Source of the DNA: Bacteroidetes bacterium UBA2664
GTDB lineage: Bacteria > Bacteroidota > Rhodothermia > Balneolales > Balneolaceae
Reading direction: 5' to 3'
Length of the DNA stretch: 64,000 bases
NCBI GenBank assembly: GCA_002359315.1
Contig: DEMS01000032.1
Coordinates: 2,438-66,437 of the forward strand
Below the pieces are notes generated by a model. That model was not told where the DNA came from. It made no database searches and worked only from the letters and a program-made list of their open reading frames with translations. Within the stretch, counting starts at the first letter, position 1, and each line of letters begins with the position of its first letter. Both the position numbers and the translations under genes were made by a program. Positions 1 to 10,383 of the stretch are shown here, one piece after another.

Positions 1-1
1 A

Positions 2-877
2 ACTTTTACCTATAATAATACATTCAGGCTCCTTGGGAATGAGCAAGATCATCGCTGGGAGCGATACACCGTTGAAGGAGATTATCCCGAAGTGTATGAT
101 CTGAATTTTATTGCCGGTCGTTCTTTTAGAGCAGATGTACCCGCTGATACAAACAATGTAATATTAAATGAACGTGCTGTTTTTGAACTTGGGTTTACAC
201 CGGAAGAAGCAATCAACCAGGTATTGGAAAACAGGTCGATGGGTACATCCGGTGAAATTGTAGGTGTTGTGGAAGATTTTCACTATCAATCATTGCATGA
301 AGATATCCAGCCATTTGTACTTATCAATCGCCCTGAGCAAGTTGATTTTATTTCAGTGAAAATAAACACCGGGCAAATTGCTTCAACAATTGAGTTTATG
401 GAACAAACCTGGAACGATGTGATTCCGGAGGCTTCATTTGGGTATTATTTCCTGGACAGTACCTTTGGTGCACTTTACGAACGGGAGGAAAAACTGGGTA
501 ATTCCATTACCGGATTTTCAATGGTAGCTATATTTCTGGCATGCCTTGGATTGTTCGGCCTGTCACTTTTTACGGCCGAACGGCGTACTAAAGAAATTGG
601 GGTCCGTAAAGTACTTGGAGCCTCTGTGTGGGATATTATCCAATTATTAGGGTTCGATTTTACCAAGTTGGTGATCATTGCACTTGTTGTTGCACTGCCC
701 GCATCTTATGTATTGATGAACCGCTGGTTGAATGACTTTGCATATCGAATTGATATTTCCATTGGCTTAATTATTGTAGGAGCAGTTACGGTCCTTATGG
801 CCTCATGGCTAACAATGAGCTGGCATTCTTTCCGTGCTGCAAATATGGATCCTGTAAAGAGTTTAAGAAGTAAATGA
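2..877 (+). CDS. MacB/FtsX-family ABC transporter permease, 5'-truncated by window edge
   Basis: Frame open from base 2 (TFTYNN...DYPEVYDL); GVVEDFHY.SL, RTKEIGVRKVLGA, WLNDFAYRI, ANMDPVKSLRS motifs. Confidence 0.93.
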   Translation, partial: TFTYNNTFRLLGNEQDHRWERYTVEGDYPEVYDLNFIAGRSFRADVPADTNNVILNERAVFELGFTPEEAINQVLENRSMGTSGEIVGVVEDFHYQSLHEDIQPFVLINRPEQVDFISVKINTGQIASTIEFMEQTWNDVIPEASFGYYFLDSTFGALYEREEKLGNSITGFSMVAIFLACLGLFGLSLFTAERRTKEIGVRKVLGASVWDIIQLLGFDFTKLVIIALVVALPASYVLMNRWLNDFAYRIDISIGLIIVGAVTVLMASWLTMSWHSFRAANMDPVKSLRSK

Positions 878-943
878 TAATAGCTGTCAGACTTCAGCTT
901 TTAGCCGTCAGGTTAGGCGGACTGAAAGCTGACGGCTGACAAC

Positions 944-1048
944 TGTTCAAAACCGTACACACGGTGTTTAAATACGCACAGATTTGGATGGATGAACAGC
1001 CTTTATAATGATTATCAGAGCTTTTCTTTAGTTTGGTATGATTATTGA
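944..1048 (+). promoter_or_regulatory. Putative sigma-54 promoter with two TGT-N10-ACA enhancer sites
   Basis: TGTTCAAAACCGTACA (944-959), TGTTTAAATACGCACA (965-980), and TGGTATGATTATTGA (1034-1048) as a -24/-12-like box upstream of the 1097 start. Confidence 0.6.
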
Positions 1049-1096
1049 AACCAGTTGTACAGTGGTCACTTCAATTTTCAATGATAGCTGAAAATC

Positions 1097-3529
1097 ATGC
1101 TAAAAAACTATTTTAAAATTGCATTTCGTAACCTGGGCCGGAACAAAGGTTTTACTGTCATCAATATCCTTGGATTATCTTTAGGAATATGCTTTTCGGT
1201 TCTTGTGTTATTGTTTATCCATGATGAATTAAATTTTGATCGGTTTCATGAAAATAGTGAAAATGTATATCGGCTTTACAGACAGTCTATCGTAGAGGGA
1301 ACTTCTTTTGATCCGGATATTTACATGCCTTTACCCACTGCAGAAGCCATGAAAAATGATTTCCCTGAAGTGGAAGAGACGGTCAGGCTTATTCCTTTCG
1401 GTACCAATATTATACGCATGGATGGCACTCTTTTTGAACAAGATAATTTTACTTTTGCGGACCCTTCTATTTTTGACATTTTTACACTTCCATTCAAATA
1501 CGGAAATGCTGCCTCAGCTTTAATAAATCCCGGTTCAGTTGTTATCACGGAGGAAACAGCAAACAAATATTTTTGGGATGGAAACCCAATTGGTAAAACT
1601 CTCTCCATTCGTCTTAATAGTATCTTCAGTGATTTTGTAGTCACTGGAGTACTCGAAAATCTTCCTGCAAACTCCACTATTCAATTTAGTGTTTTACTAT
1701 CAACAGAAGATTTACTAAACAGGTTTGATGTTTATTCAGGAGCAGAAAACAGATGGGATGCCACCCGAACAATTACCTACATATTGCTCCGAAAAGGATC
1801 CAATGTGGAATCACTGCGTGATAAGTTGCCCCAATTCATGAATACTCATATGGGTGACATTTTTAATGAAATGCGAGAAAATGGTAATCTGACTACAGCC
1901 GGCGCACCTATTGTCTATCAATTTCAGCCACTTTCTGATATTCACCTAAATCCTGAAATACCGGGAGGATTTTCAGAACCCAGTAATCCAACCTATTCTT
2001 ATATCCTTGGCGGAATTGCTTTAACTGTTTTACTTATAGCTTGTTTTAATTTCATGATACTTTCCATCAGTCAATCAACAAAAAGAGCAAAGGAGGTGGG
2101 CTTAAGGAAAGTTGCAGGAGCTGTTCGTAGTCAGCTTATGGCTCAATTTTGGGCCGAAGCTATTTTGGTGACATTTATCTCATTACTATTTGGACTATTC
2201 TTTGCTGAATTTTTCCTTCCTGTTTTTAATGAATTGTCTGGTAAAACCCTTTCCTTTTTTCCCGCGTTGAATAGTTTCAAAATGCTTTTTGTTACAGGAG
2301 GGTTATTAATTATTACCGGTTTGATTGCCGGCAGTTATCCTGCCTTGATTTTATCCAATTACAAACCCATAGATTCTTTAAAGAATAAGATCACTGTCGG
2401 TGGAGCTAATCCTCTTTCCAAATCACTGATAATGGTCCAATTTGCACTTTCAATATTTTTGGTGGCTGCGACTCTTGGAATGTCTAATCAGCTTAAATTT
2501 CTACAATCTAAAAGCCTTGGATTTTCAGGTGAACAGGTCGTTGTAATACCGGTTAACGGTGTAGACGGGCAACGAGCATTGAATCTTTACAGGGATGCTT
2601 TAGGTCGGGATACAGATATTGTTGATATGTCCGGAGCCAATGTCTCTTTTGCAACCGGTTTATGGCGAAGGGGATATCGATACGGCGGAGAACTTATTCA
2701 ATCTGCAGTGTTTCGAGTAGATCCGAACTACATCAATACATTGGAAATGAATATAGTGACAGGCCGGAATTTTAATCCCGAACTGGCATCTGATTCCACA
2801 CAAAGTATTATTGTGAACGAGACCTTCCTGGAACGGCACAGCCTTGATTATTCAGATGTAGGCCAAGTCTTTCCGATTGACTGGGGTTGGATGACCAATC
2901 CTGTAGTTATAGGAGTTGTTGAGGATTTCAATTACCAGTCGTTGCAAAATAATATCGAGCCCGCCATCATGTACATGAATCCAAGGGATCCGATTTTGAA
3001 TCTAATGGTGCGTATAAAACCGGATAACATACCTGAAACCATTGACAAACTTCAAGCAACCTGGGCTGCCATCACTAATGAAGTTCCATTTTCCTATAGT
3101 TTCCTGGATGAAGATATGGACAATTTGTACAGGGCTGAAGAACGCTGGAGTACCATCATCACCTACAGTTCTATCTTTGCTATTTTTGTTGCATGCCTTG
3201 GTTTGTTTGGGTTAACCGGAATCATTTCCATTCAACGCCAAAAAGAAATAGGCATCCGGAAAGTGCTTGGCGCAAGCATTCAAGGTATTATCCTTTTACT
3301 ATCCAAAGACTTTGCAAAGTTGATATTAATCTCCATTATAATTGCTTCACCACTTGCCTGGTTAGCACTGAATAAATGGCTTCAAAATTTTGCATACCGT
3401 ACAGATCCCGGAATTGGCATATTTCTGATAGCCGGGGGATTTGCCCTCGCAGTTGCATTGGCCACCGTAAGCTGGCAATCTTTAAAAGCTGCATTTATGA
3501 ACCCTGTAGAAAGTTTGAGAAGTGAATGA
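1097..3529 (+). CDS. MacB/FtsX-family ABC transporter permease (two-repeat, 810 aa)
   Basis: MLKNYFKIAFRNL start; KEVGLRK and KEIGIRKVLGA repeats; NPVESLRSE end. Confidence 0.95.
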   Translation: MLKNYFKIAFRNLGRNKGFTVINILGLSLGICFSVLVLLFIHDELNFDRFHENSENVYRLYRQSIVEGTSFDPDIYMPLPTAEAMKNDFPEVEETVRLIPFGTNIIRMDGTLFEQDNFTFADPSIFDIFTLPFKYGNAASALINPGSVVITEETANKYFWDGNPIGKTLSIRLNSIFSDFVVTGVLENLPANSTIQFSVLLSTEDLLNRFDVYSGAENRWDATRTITYILLRKGSNVESLRDKLPQFMNTHMGDIFNEMRENGNLTTAGAPIVYQFQPLSDIHLNPEIPGGFSEPSNPTYSYILGGIALTVLLIACFNFMILSISQSTKRAKEVGLRKVAGAVRSQLMAQFWAEAILVTFISLLFGLFFAEFFLPVFNELSGKTLSFFPALNSFKMLFVTGGLLIITGLIAGSYPALILSNYKPIDSLKNKITVGGANPLSKSLIMVQFALSIFLVAATLGMSNQLKFLQSKSLGFSGEQVVVIPVNGVDGQRALNLYRDALGRDTDIVDMSGANVSFATGLWRRGYRYGGELIQSAVFRVDPNYINTLEMNIVTGRNFNPELASDSTQSIIVNETFLERHSLDYSDVGQVFPIDWGWMTNPVVIGVVEDFNYQSLQNNIEPAIMYMNPRDPILNLMVRIKPDNIPETIDKLQATWAAITNEVPFSYSFLDEDMDNLYRAEERWSTIITYSSIFAIFVACLGLFGLTGIISIQRQKEIGIRKVLGASIQGIILLLSKDFAKLILISIIIASPLAWLALNKWLQNFAYRTDPGIGIFLIAGGFALAVALATVSWQSLKAAFMNPVESLRSE

Positions 3530-3611
3530 AAATAGCTGTCAGATCTCAGCTGTCAGTCGTCTGATTATGCGGACTGAAAGTTGACGACTGATCACTGAAA
3601 GCCTAGAAATC

Positions 3612-5963
3612 ATGATTAAAAACTATATAAAAATCGCATTCCGTCATTTGGCGAAAAATAAATCTTACACCATCATTAATACATTGGGTTTAGGAGTTGG
3701 TCTTGCTGCATGTATTATTATTGGCCTGTGGGTGATTTATGAACTGGGTTATGACGACTATCACAAAAATTCCGAACAGATCTATCGGGTTTTAAACGGT
3801 GATGTCGCAGCAATTCCTCCCACTTTGGCTCCCGCATTCAAGAGCGACTACCCCGACCTGGCCGAAGAAGTCATACGATTCTGGCCCATCAAGTCTCCTT
3901 CCGATATCGTATATGAAGACAAACAATTTGCTGAGCGGAATATCACATTTACCGATCCCGGAGTTTTTAACGTCTTCACACATCCGATGATTATGGGTGA
4001 TAAAGAAACAGCTCTTTCCTCCTCTCACCGTATTGTGATCAGTGAGTCGGTGGCTGAAAAATATTTTGGAGAGGAAACACCACTTGGTAAAACTCTAAAC
4101 ATGTGGGGTCAGGATCTGGAAGTGACCGGCGTTTTTGAAGATGTCCCTCTCAACTCACATCACCGATACGACTTTCTTGTTCCAATAGAGTTATTGCAAA
4201 CGTTCATGGGTAATATGATGGAAAACTGGACTTGGTCCGGTTTCTACACATACATGCTTTTGCCTGAAAACGTACATCCAACACAGGTTGAAACAGCTAT
4301 CGCCTCTACATTTGATAAATATACCGAAGAAGATTTTCCGGCTCCGCAGCTTCAGCCATTGAATGATATTTATTTTGGCTCCGCAGAAAAAGATATCGCA
4401 GTAACCGGTAATTTCAATTACGTTTTCATTTTAGCTAGTATTGCGATCATTGTTCTGGTAGTGGCTTGCGTGAATTTCATGAACTTATCTACGGCCTATT
4501 CAACGATGCGAAAAAAGGAAGTAGGGATGCGAAAAACATTGGGAGCGCAACGAAATCAGCTTATCGGACAGTTTTTGGGTGAGGCCATTCTGCTCAGCTT
4601 ACTGGGATTGTCTGTGGCACTTCTCCTGGTAGAGATTACTCTTCCATTCTTTAGTAATTTTACCGGAAACCCTTTAACTATGCCATATCAAAATAGCTGG
4701 GGTGCAATTTTAGGATTTATTGGACTGGCTCTTTTCGTAGGGATCTTGTCCGGAAGCTACCCGGCTTTTTTCTTGTCGCGGTTTCGTCCCATTCAAGCAT
4801 TAAAAGATACTTCGAAAATAAACTCATCAGGTGAGGGACTGCGAAAAGGCTTGGTGGTCTTCCAATTTGTGATCTCAACCTTCCTGATTGTTGCAGCATT
4901 AACCGTGTATTCTCAACTCAATTATATGCAGGAAAAGGATCTTGGTTTTAGTGATGAACAAGTACTGATTACCGGGGCTGAAAACTATCAAGCATTCAAA
5001 ACAGAACTCGAAAAAGCTCCCGGTGTTCAAAAAGTTTCGGCTGCACAAAGTGTTCCAGGAGTACGGTTCCCATATTATCCCATTCGTACTATAGACATGG
5101 CCCCGGACTCTCTGCCTACCATGCGAACATTGCGCATAAATCCCGGCTTCATTGAAACTTTGGGAATAGAGATGGTCATTGGCAGAAGCTTTGATGAACA
5201 GATCCCAACGGATGCTACCCAGGCATTTGTGATTAATCAGGCAGCTATGAATTATTTAGGCTGGGATGATCCCATAGGGAAAGAACTCTCCTGGTATGAT
5301 TTTAGTGAAGATGGATCCTCATTCGAGATCGCAAAGCAAGGTGAAGTGATTGGAGTAGTAGATGATTTCAATTATGCTTCACTGCACAATCCTGTTGAAC
5401 CGCTTGTCATCCATGTAAGCCATGATATAAATATGACGGTGATTAGATTACACACTGAAAATACCGGTGAAGCTATTGCTCAGATCAAAGAGACATGGAA
5501 TAGTGTGACACCCGGAAGTTATTTCTGGTATTATTTCCTTGATGATGAACTGGACAGACAATATGGAGCCGAACAGAAATTAGGGCAAGTGTTTGGTGGG
5601 CTGACCTTGCTTGCACTATTCATCGCTTGTCTGGGTCTTTTCGGACTTACCACATTTTCCACCCAGCAAAGAACCAAGGAGATTGGAATTAGAAAGGTGA
5701 TGGGAGCCGGTGTGCAACAGATTATTTTATTGCTAAATACCGAGGTTGTAAAAATGGTCGCTTTATCGTTGATCATTGCCATCCCCATCTCCTGGTACAC
5801 CATGAACCAGTGGCTGGCTGATTTTGCATTTAGAATTGAAATTGGCCCCGGGATTTTTGCCCTGTCAGGCGGTGTCGCTTTGGTGATAGCTTTGCTAACG
5901 GTAAGCTGGCAATCCATTAAAGCAGCAGTGGCGAATCCTGTGGATAGTTTAAGAAGTGAATAA
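3612..5963 (+). CDS. MacB/FtsX-family ABC transporter permease (783 aa)
   Basis: Same family motifs as upstream paralogs (ACVNFMNL, KEVGMRKTLGA, ANPVDSLRSE). Confidence 0.95.
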   Translation: MIKNYIKIAFRHLAKNKSYTIINTLGLGVGLAACIIIGLWVIYELGYDDYHKNSEQIYRVLNGDVAAIPPTLAPAFKSDYPDLAEEVIRFWPIKSPSDIVYEDKQFAERNITFTDPGVFNVFTHPMIMGDKETALSSSHRIVISESVAEKYFGEETPLGKTLNMWGQDLEVTGVFEDVPLNSHHRYDFLVPIELLQTFMGNMMENWTWSGFYTYMLLPENVHPTQVETAIASTFDKYTEEDFPAPQLQPLNDIYFGSAEKDIAVTGNFNYVFILASIAIIVLVVACVNFMNLSTAYSTMRKKEVGMRKTLGAQRNQLIGQFLGEAILLSLLGLSVALLLVEITLPFFSNFTGNPLTMPYQNSWGAILGFIGLALFVGILSGSYPAFFLSRFRPIQALKDTSKINSSGEGLRKGLVVFQFVISTFLIVAALTVYSQLNYMQEKDLGFSDEQVLITGAENYQAFKTELEKAPGVQKVSAAQSVPGVRFPYYPIRTIDMAPDSLPTMRTLRINPGFIETLGIEMVIGRSFDEQIPTDATQAFVINQAAMNYLGWDDPIGKELSWYDFSEDGSSFEIAKQGEVIGVVDDFNYASLHNPVEPLVIHVSHDINMTVIRLHTENTGEAIAQIKETWNSVTPGSYFWYYFLDDELDRQYGAEQKLGQVFGGLTLLALFIACLGLFGLTTFSTQQRTKEIGIRKVMGAGVQQIILLLNTEVVKMVALSLIIAIPISWYTMNQWLADFAFRIEIGPGIFALSGGVALVIALLTVSWQSIKAAVANPVDSLRSE

Positions 5964-6080
5964 ACAAACGTATAAACGTGTGAAAGTGCTAACGTGTTAA
6001 CGTTGGAATTTGCTTAATCACGTAAACATCTAAACACTTTCGCACGTAAGCACGTTTACACGTTTACACATAAACACATA
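5964..6080. repeat. Intergenic 8-nt-period degenerate repeats forming an inverted pair
   Basis: AAACGTAT/AAACGTGT/TAACGTGT run followed by ACGTAAAC/ACGTTTAC/ACATAAAC run. Confidence 0.6.
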
Positions 6081-6083
6081 TTT

Positions 6084-6758
6084 ATGATCCAACTAATAGA
6101 CATCGACAAATACATCGACAAACGGTTTCAGCGAACTTTTATCCTGAAAAGAATCAATCTTGAAGTGAAAGAGGGGGATTTTGTAACCATTATGGGGCCC
6201 AGCGGAGCGGGAAAATCCACGCTTCTGAACATAATCGGTTTCCTGGATGATGCTTCCGAAGGAGAGTATACTTTTCTGAGTAAACCGGCGCATAATCTGA
6301 CTGAAAAGCAAAAATCGGATTATCATAAATCACATATTGGATTTGTATTTCAGGCATATCATCTGATCGATGAACTTACCGTTTATGAAAACATTGAAAT
6401 GCCTTTGCTCTATCGCAAGGTGAAAAGTAAACAGCGTCAGGCTATGGTCGCTGAAATGCTCGACAAATTCAATATTGTAGCCAAGAAGGACCTTTTTCCG
6501 CAACAACTTTCGGGCGGACAGCAGCAGGTGGTGGGAGTAGCCCGTGCCATTATTGGCAGTCCAAAATTGCTGCTTGCCGATGAACCGACCGGCAACCTGC
6601 ACTCCGAACAAAGTGAACAGATCATGGAAATCTTTAAAAAACTGAATGAAGACGGTGTAACCATTATTCAGGTAACCCATTCAGAGAAAATGGTCTCGTA
6701 TGGCAACCGGATCATTAATTTAAAAGATGGCGTTTTGGTTGAGCAAGATCCGTATTAA
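6084..6758 (+). CDS. ABC transporter ATP-binding protein (LolD/MacB-like)
   Basis: GPSGAGKST, LSGGQQQ, LLADEPTGNL, VTH. Confidence 0.96.
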   Translation: MIQLIDIDKYIDKRFQRTFILKRINLEVKEGDFVTIMGPSGAGKSTLLNIIGFLDDASEGEYTFLSKPAHNLTEKQKSDYHKSHIGFVFQAYHLIDELTVYENIEMPLLYRKVKSKQRQAMVAEMLDKFNIVAKKDLFPQQLSGGQQQVVGVARAIIGSPKLLLADEPTGNLHSEQSEQIMEIFKKLNEDGVTIIQVTHSEKMVSYGNRIINLKDGVLVEQDPY

Positions 6759-6896
6759 TGGTCTTTGTGATTTTCGCTGGTATTGCTCTTTGGGATACGT
6801 ATGTGAATTAGTATCAATTAAATGTTTAGGCACTTCTTCAATTTTTGGTGTGTGGCTGGTTTTCAAAGTCGAGAGTGTATCAACCAGAGAGTTTGC

Positions 6897-7361
6897 TCAC
6901 CTGCTCGAAGCCAGCGCAACAAGGATTTTAGGAACCCTGGTGTGGATGAGCGCTCCTCCAATGATTGCAACCAAAATAGATGGCAATCCAACTGCGAAAT
7001 GAGTCGGTAAATTAGACGATATTGTTGCAAATTGGGCGATACCTGCCGCGACCAATCCAACATACGACCAGCTAATAAAATAGGCATGGAGATTAAGCCA
7101 TGATGAAATCGGGCGGCGCAGAAAGGCCGGAATGAATCCGCAAATAAGTGTGGCGAGACTAATTACCGCAAGAATATGGAATGGCCCGAAGCCGACTGAA
7201 TCTTCATAGACCGAAAGCGCACTGACATTCACTAAAAATAAGGATATGGTATAAAAATAGCCGAGTATTCGATGCCATCGGTCACCTTTTGGTCGAAACA
7301 CGACTGCCGCACCGGAAATCAAGGCTGCAAGTGCGAAGACGACATGGACTGTTCCGAACAT
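6897..7361 (-). CDS. Membrane protein, DUF2306-like
   Basis: KGDRWHRILG, FGPFHIL, H...SYVGL motifs; 4-5 TM segments. Confidence 0.75.
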   Translation of the reverse strand: MFGTVHVVFALAALISGAAVVFRPKGDRWHRILGYFYTISLFLVNVSALSVYEDSVGFGPFHILAVISLATLICGFIPAFLRRPISSWLNLHAYFISWSYVGLVAAGIAQFATISSNLPTHFAVGLPSILVAIIGGALIHTRVPKILVALASSR

Positions 7362-7658
7362 GGGATTGAAGTTGTTTTATTGATTCAACTGTTTATTGGT
7401 TTAGTGCAAATGCAACAAAAAATAATATAAGTTATTTTGTAGCAATTCTTTAGGGATAAAACATAGCAAAAACGACCAATTAAATGTTTTTGGACGTATT
7501 AAAACAATGTTTAATAGATTCTATACTGATTCGGATCAGTATAGAATCTAAAAGATATTAATTTACTTTTCTTTTCATTTGATAAATTGATTTTTTTCAA
7601 TAATATAAAGCATTGATTTTCATAGAAGTAAAACTTTAACAATCAAACCTATCGCACT

Positions 7659-8048
7659 ATGAAAAATCCGGTCAATTGGTTCGAAATCTACGTTCAGGAT
7701 ATGCAAAGAGCCAAATCATTCTACGAAGCTGTATTGAATGTGAAGCTCGAAAAACTTGATATACCTTCAGAAATGGAGGATGAAAACAGTTTTCAGATGG
7801 TCACATTTCCATTTGTCGAAAATGAGCCTAATGCAAGCGGTGCACTGGTAAAGGCTGAAGGAATGGAGCCCGGCGGAAACAGTGTTGTGATCTATTTTAC
7901 TTGTGATGATTGCAGTGTTGAAGAGAGTCGGGTTGAAAAGGCAGGCGGGAAAGTACTGAAAGAGAAGTTCTCGATCGGGGAGTTCGGATTTTGTTCGATC
8001 TGCCTGGATACGGAAGAAAATACATTTGGATTGCATTCAATGAGCTAA
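7659..8048 (+). CDS. VOC/glyoxalase family protein
   Basis: NPVNWFEI, RAKSFY, AGGKV, DTEENTFGLH. Confidence 0.9.
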   Translation: MKNPVNWFEIYVQDMQRAKSFYEAVLNVKLEKLDIPSEMEDENSFQMVTFPFVENEPNASGALVKAEGMEPGGNSVVIYFTCDDCSVEESRVEKAGGKVLKEKFSIGEFGFCSICLDTEENTFGLHSMS

Positions 8049-8067
8049 TCAAACAGAGGAACTGATT

Positions 8068-8544
8068 ATGAAAAAGTACAGAATTGAAATTAAATGGGCA
8101 CTCATTTTTGTGGGGATGATGCTTCTTTGGATGTTGATGGAAAGGCTATTAGGCTTTCATGATGCCCATATCGACAAACACGCCATCGTCACAAATCTGA
8201 TCGCCATACCGGCCATTGCGATTTATGTGTTTGCACTGCTCGATAAAAGAAAAAACTTTTATGACGGATTTATGAGTTACAAACAGGGATTCATCTCCGG
8301 GCTCATTATTACTCTGATCGTTACCCTGTTTACACCGCTTATTCAATACATCACATCTACCGTAATTACACCCGATTATTTCAGCAATATTATCGAATAC
8401 ACCGTAAACGAAGGCATGATGGAACGAGAAGATGCGGAAGCTTACTTCAATCTGAAAAGTTATATGATTCAGGCAACCATTGGTGCACCGATCATGGGAC
8501 TGCTCACTACGGCTGTTGTCGCATTTTTCACGAAGAAAAAATAA
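8068..8544 (+). CDS. DUF4199-like membrane protein
   Basis: EIKWAL, SYKQGFISG, ITPDYF, C-terminal TM then KKK. Confidence 0.75.
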   Translation: MKKYRIEIKWALIFVGMMLLWMLMERLLGFHDAHIDKHAIVTNLIAIPAIAIYVFALLDKRKNFYDGFMSYKQGFISGLIITLIVTLFTPLIQYITSTVITPDYFSNIIEYTVNEGMMEREDAEAYFNLKSYMIQATIGAPIMGLLTTAVVAFFTKKK

Positions 8545-8563
8545 TGAGCAGGGGTGTTCTGTT

Positions 8564-8980
8564 ATGAGTGATCTGAAAACGAAGCCAACCGATCAGGATG
8601 TTGAGAGTTTCTTGAATGCGATTGAAGATGAACAAAAAAGAGCCGACTGCTTTGAATTGCTGGAACTCATGACTGATATCACTGGCGAACCCCCTAAAAT
8701 GTGGGGAAAAAGTATGGTTGGATTTGGCAGCTATCATTATAAATATGATAGCGGAAGAGAAGGCGATTGGTTCTTGACCGGATTTTCACCGCGAAAACAG
8801 AACCTGTCGATTTATATCATGACTGGATTTGATAAGTATGAAGAGATAATGAGCCGGTTAGGTAAATATAAAACCGGCTCATCCTGTCTTTATGTAAAAA
8901 AATTGGCTGATATTGATACGGAACAATTGAAGCTGTTGGTCAAAAAATCTGAAGAGGTTATTAGGAAGAGGTATTCATAA
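8564..8980 (+). CDS. DUF1801 family protein
   Basis: Start re-placed at MSDLKTKPT; MWGKSMVGFGSYHY, GFSPRK, LGKYKTG.SCLY. Confidence 0.85.
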   Translation: MSDLKTKPTDQDVESFLNAIEDEQKRADCFELLELMTDITGEPPKMWGKSMVGFGSYHYKYDSGREGDWFLTGFSPRKQNLSIYIMTGFDKYEEIMSRLGKYKTGSSCLYVKKLADIDTEQLKLLVKKSEEVIRKRYS

Positions 8981-9113
8981 AAATTCGGGAGCAATCTACA
9001 CATTGAAACTATCAATGATGTTTATACAATAGATGGTCTATAATCCCAAGTAATCTAATTATGTTGTTATAGTCCTGTATTTAAACAGCTTAACAGTTTA
9101 CATGACAACTTTT

Positions 9114-10235
9114 TCAATTTGTTTCACTAAAACCCACGTTTCCATCAGACGAGTTTATAAGTTTATCGGTTGGCAACATATCGGCCATTCTCTCTAAAGC
9201 CCAGTCTCCATGTAAAATGATTTTATCCGGATTCATCAAATTACCATAGTTGTCAATAAGTAATACATTCAAAAAGGTAAATTGTATTTCTGACCTTAAT
9301 TGGTTTTGATAATATACGATCAAAGGGATCTCTCTTTTTGTTTCAACCAAAAAAACCAATTGCTCGGTTCTCAAGGTACCTCCATAAACAGCGGCTCGTC
9401 TTGTGTTCACATGTGTGATATCTCCATTTGCTATGTTAAAAACATCGGCCGCAGTTCCATCCACTAAACTTTTTAGAAAATGACTGAATGATCCGCTATA
9501 CGTAGTATTTCGGTTACGGTTCCAAATATCCTGTTGATTTGGATCGTCTGTCTCAAGTTCAACAAATCGAGTTCGGTGAAAATAAAAAATAAAATGATTG
9601 ATTGTATCAAATCTGAAAGTGTTTAATTCGGTAAACAGTTCATACCCCAACGACTGATTAACGATATGAAGTTCAGATGGAGCAGTTGCTATTAATTCAT
9701 TGGTGCTTCTATCGAAGGAAAATTCAAGAATTTCCGGATTCATAATTTCAGTTAACTTGGCATTCCTGGACTCTCCCAAAAAAGTTCGTTTGAAGAGGCT
9801 GTAATTATCCAGCCATTCCTGATCCCTCTTCGCTTCCACAATCACATCGTCCAGTACCAGGGGCTCAACACGCAAAAAGATATCACCGAAATTAATTGTT
9901 TCACCCGATTTTATTTCAAATTTCAAATTCTTTTGTTCGTAGCCAAGGTACCGAACTAAAAGTTCATAAATTCCCGGTGGAATGTTCCGAATCGTGAAAT
10001 CTCCCTTACTATTTGATGCAACTCCAATCGTGGTTCCGGACAGGTAAACAGCAGTTGATATGAGTGGGTCTTTGGTTGAATCGTCATAAACTGTTCCGGT
10101 GACAGTTCCCGGTATCTGCTGTGCCTGAAGTGATGTGTGTACAAATAGAATCAGCGTGAAGAGCAGTATCATCTGAAGACTCAATGGGTGGAGCCATTTC
10201 ATGTAATCAGAACAATATTTGAAATGTTTTACCAT
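9114..10235 (-). CDS. Secreted protein with N-terminal carboxypeptidase regulatory-like domain
   Basis: Signal peptide then GTVTGTVYD...GTTIG..SNSKGDF.I.NIPPG.Y.L..RYLGY. Confidence 0.8.
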   Translation of the reverse strand: MVKHFKYCSDYMKWLHPLSLQMILLFTLILFVHTSLQAQQIPGTVTGTVYDDSTKDPLISTAVYLSGTTIGVASNSKGDFTIRNIPPGIYELLVRYLGYEQKNLKFEIKSGETINFGDIFLRVEPLVLDDVIVEAKRDQEWLDNYSLFKRTFLGESRNAKLTEIMNPEILEFSFDRSTNELIATAPSELHIVNQSLGYELFTELNTFRFDTINHFIFYFHRTRFVELETDDPNQQDIWNRNRNTTYSGSFSHFLKSLVDGTAADVFNIANGDITHVNTRRAAVYGGTLRTEQLVFLVETKREIPLIVYYQNQLRSEIQFTFLNVLLIDNYGNLMNPDKIILHGDWALERMADMLPTDKLINSSDGNVGFSETN

Positions 10236-10383
10236 GTTGAAAGAGATAGTAAATTTGAACTACTACTTCCGGTTTAGCTAAATTAATTTAGAACATTGTG
10301 CAGGAGATTCTTGATGAATACAGGTTATTTTCTTCTTCTGAACACTGGGTAGCTTCATTAAGAATAGTTATTTATATGATATA

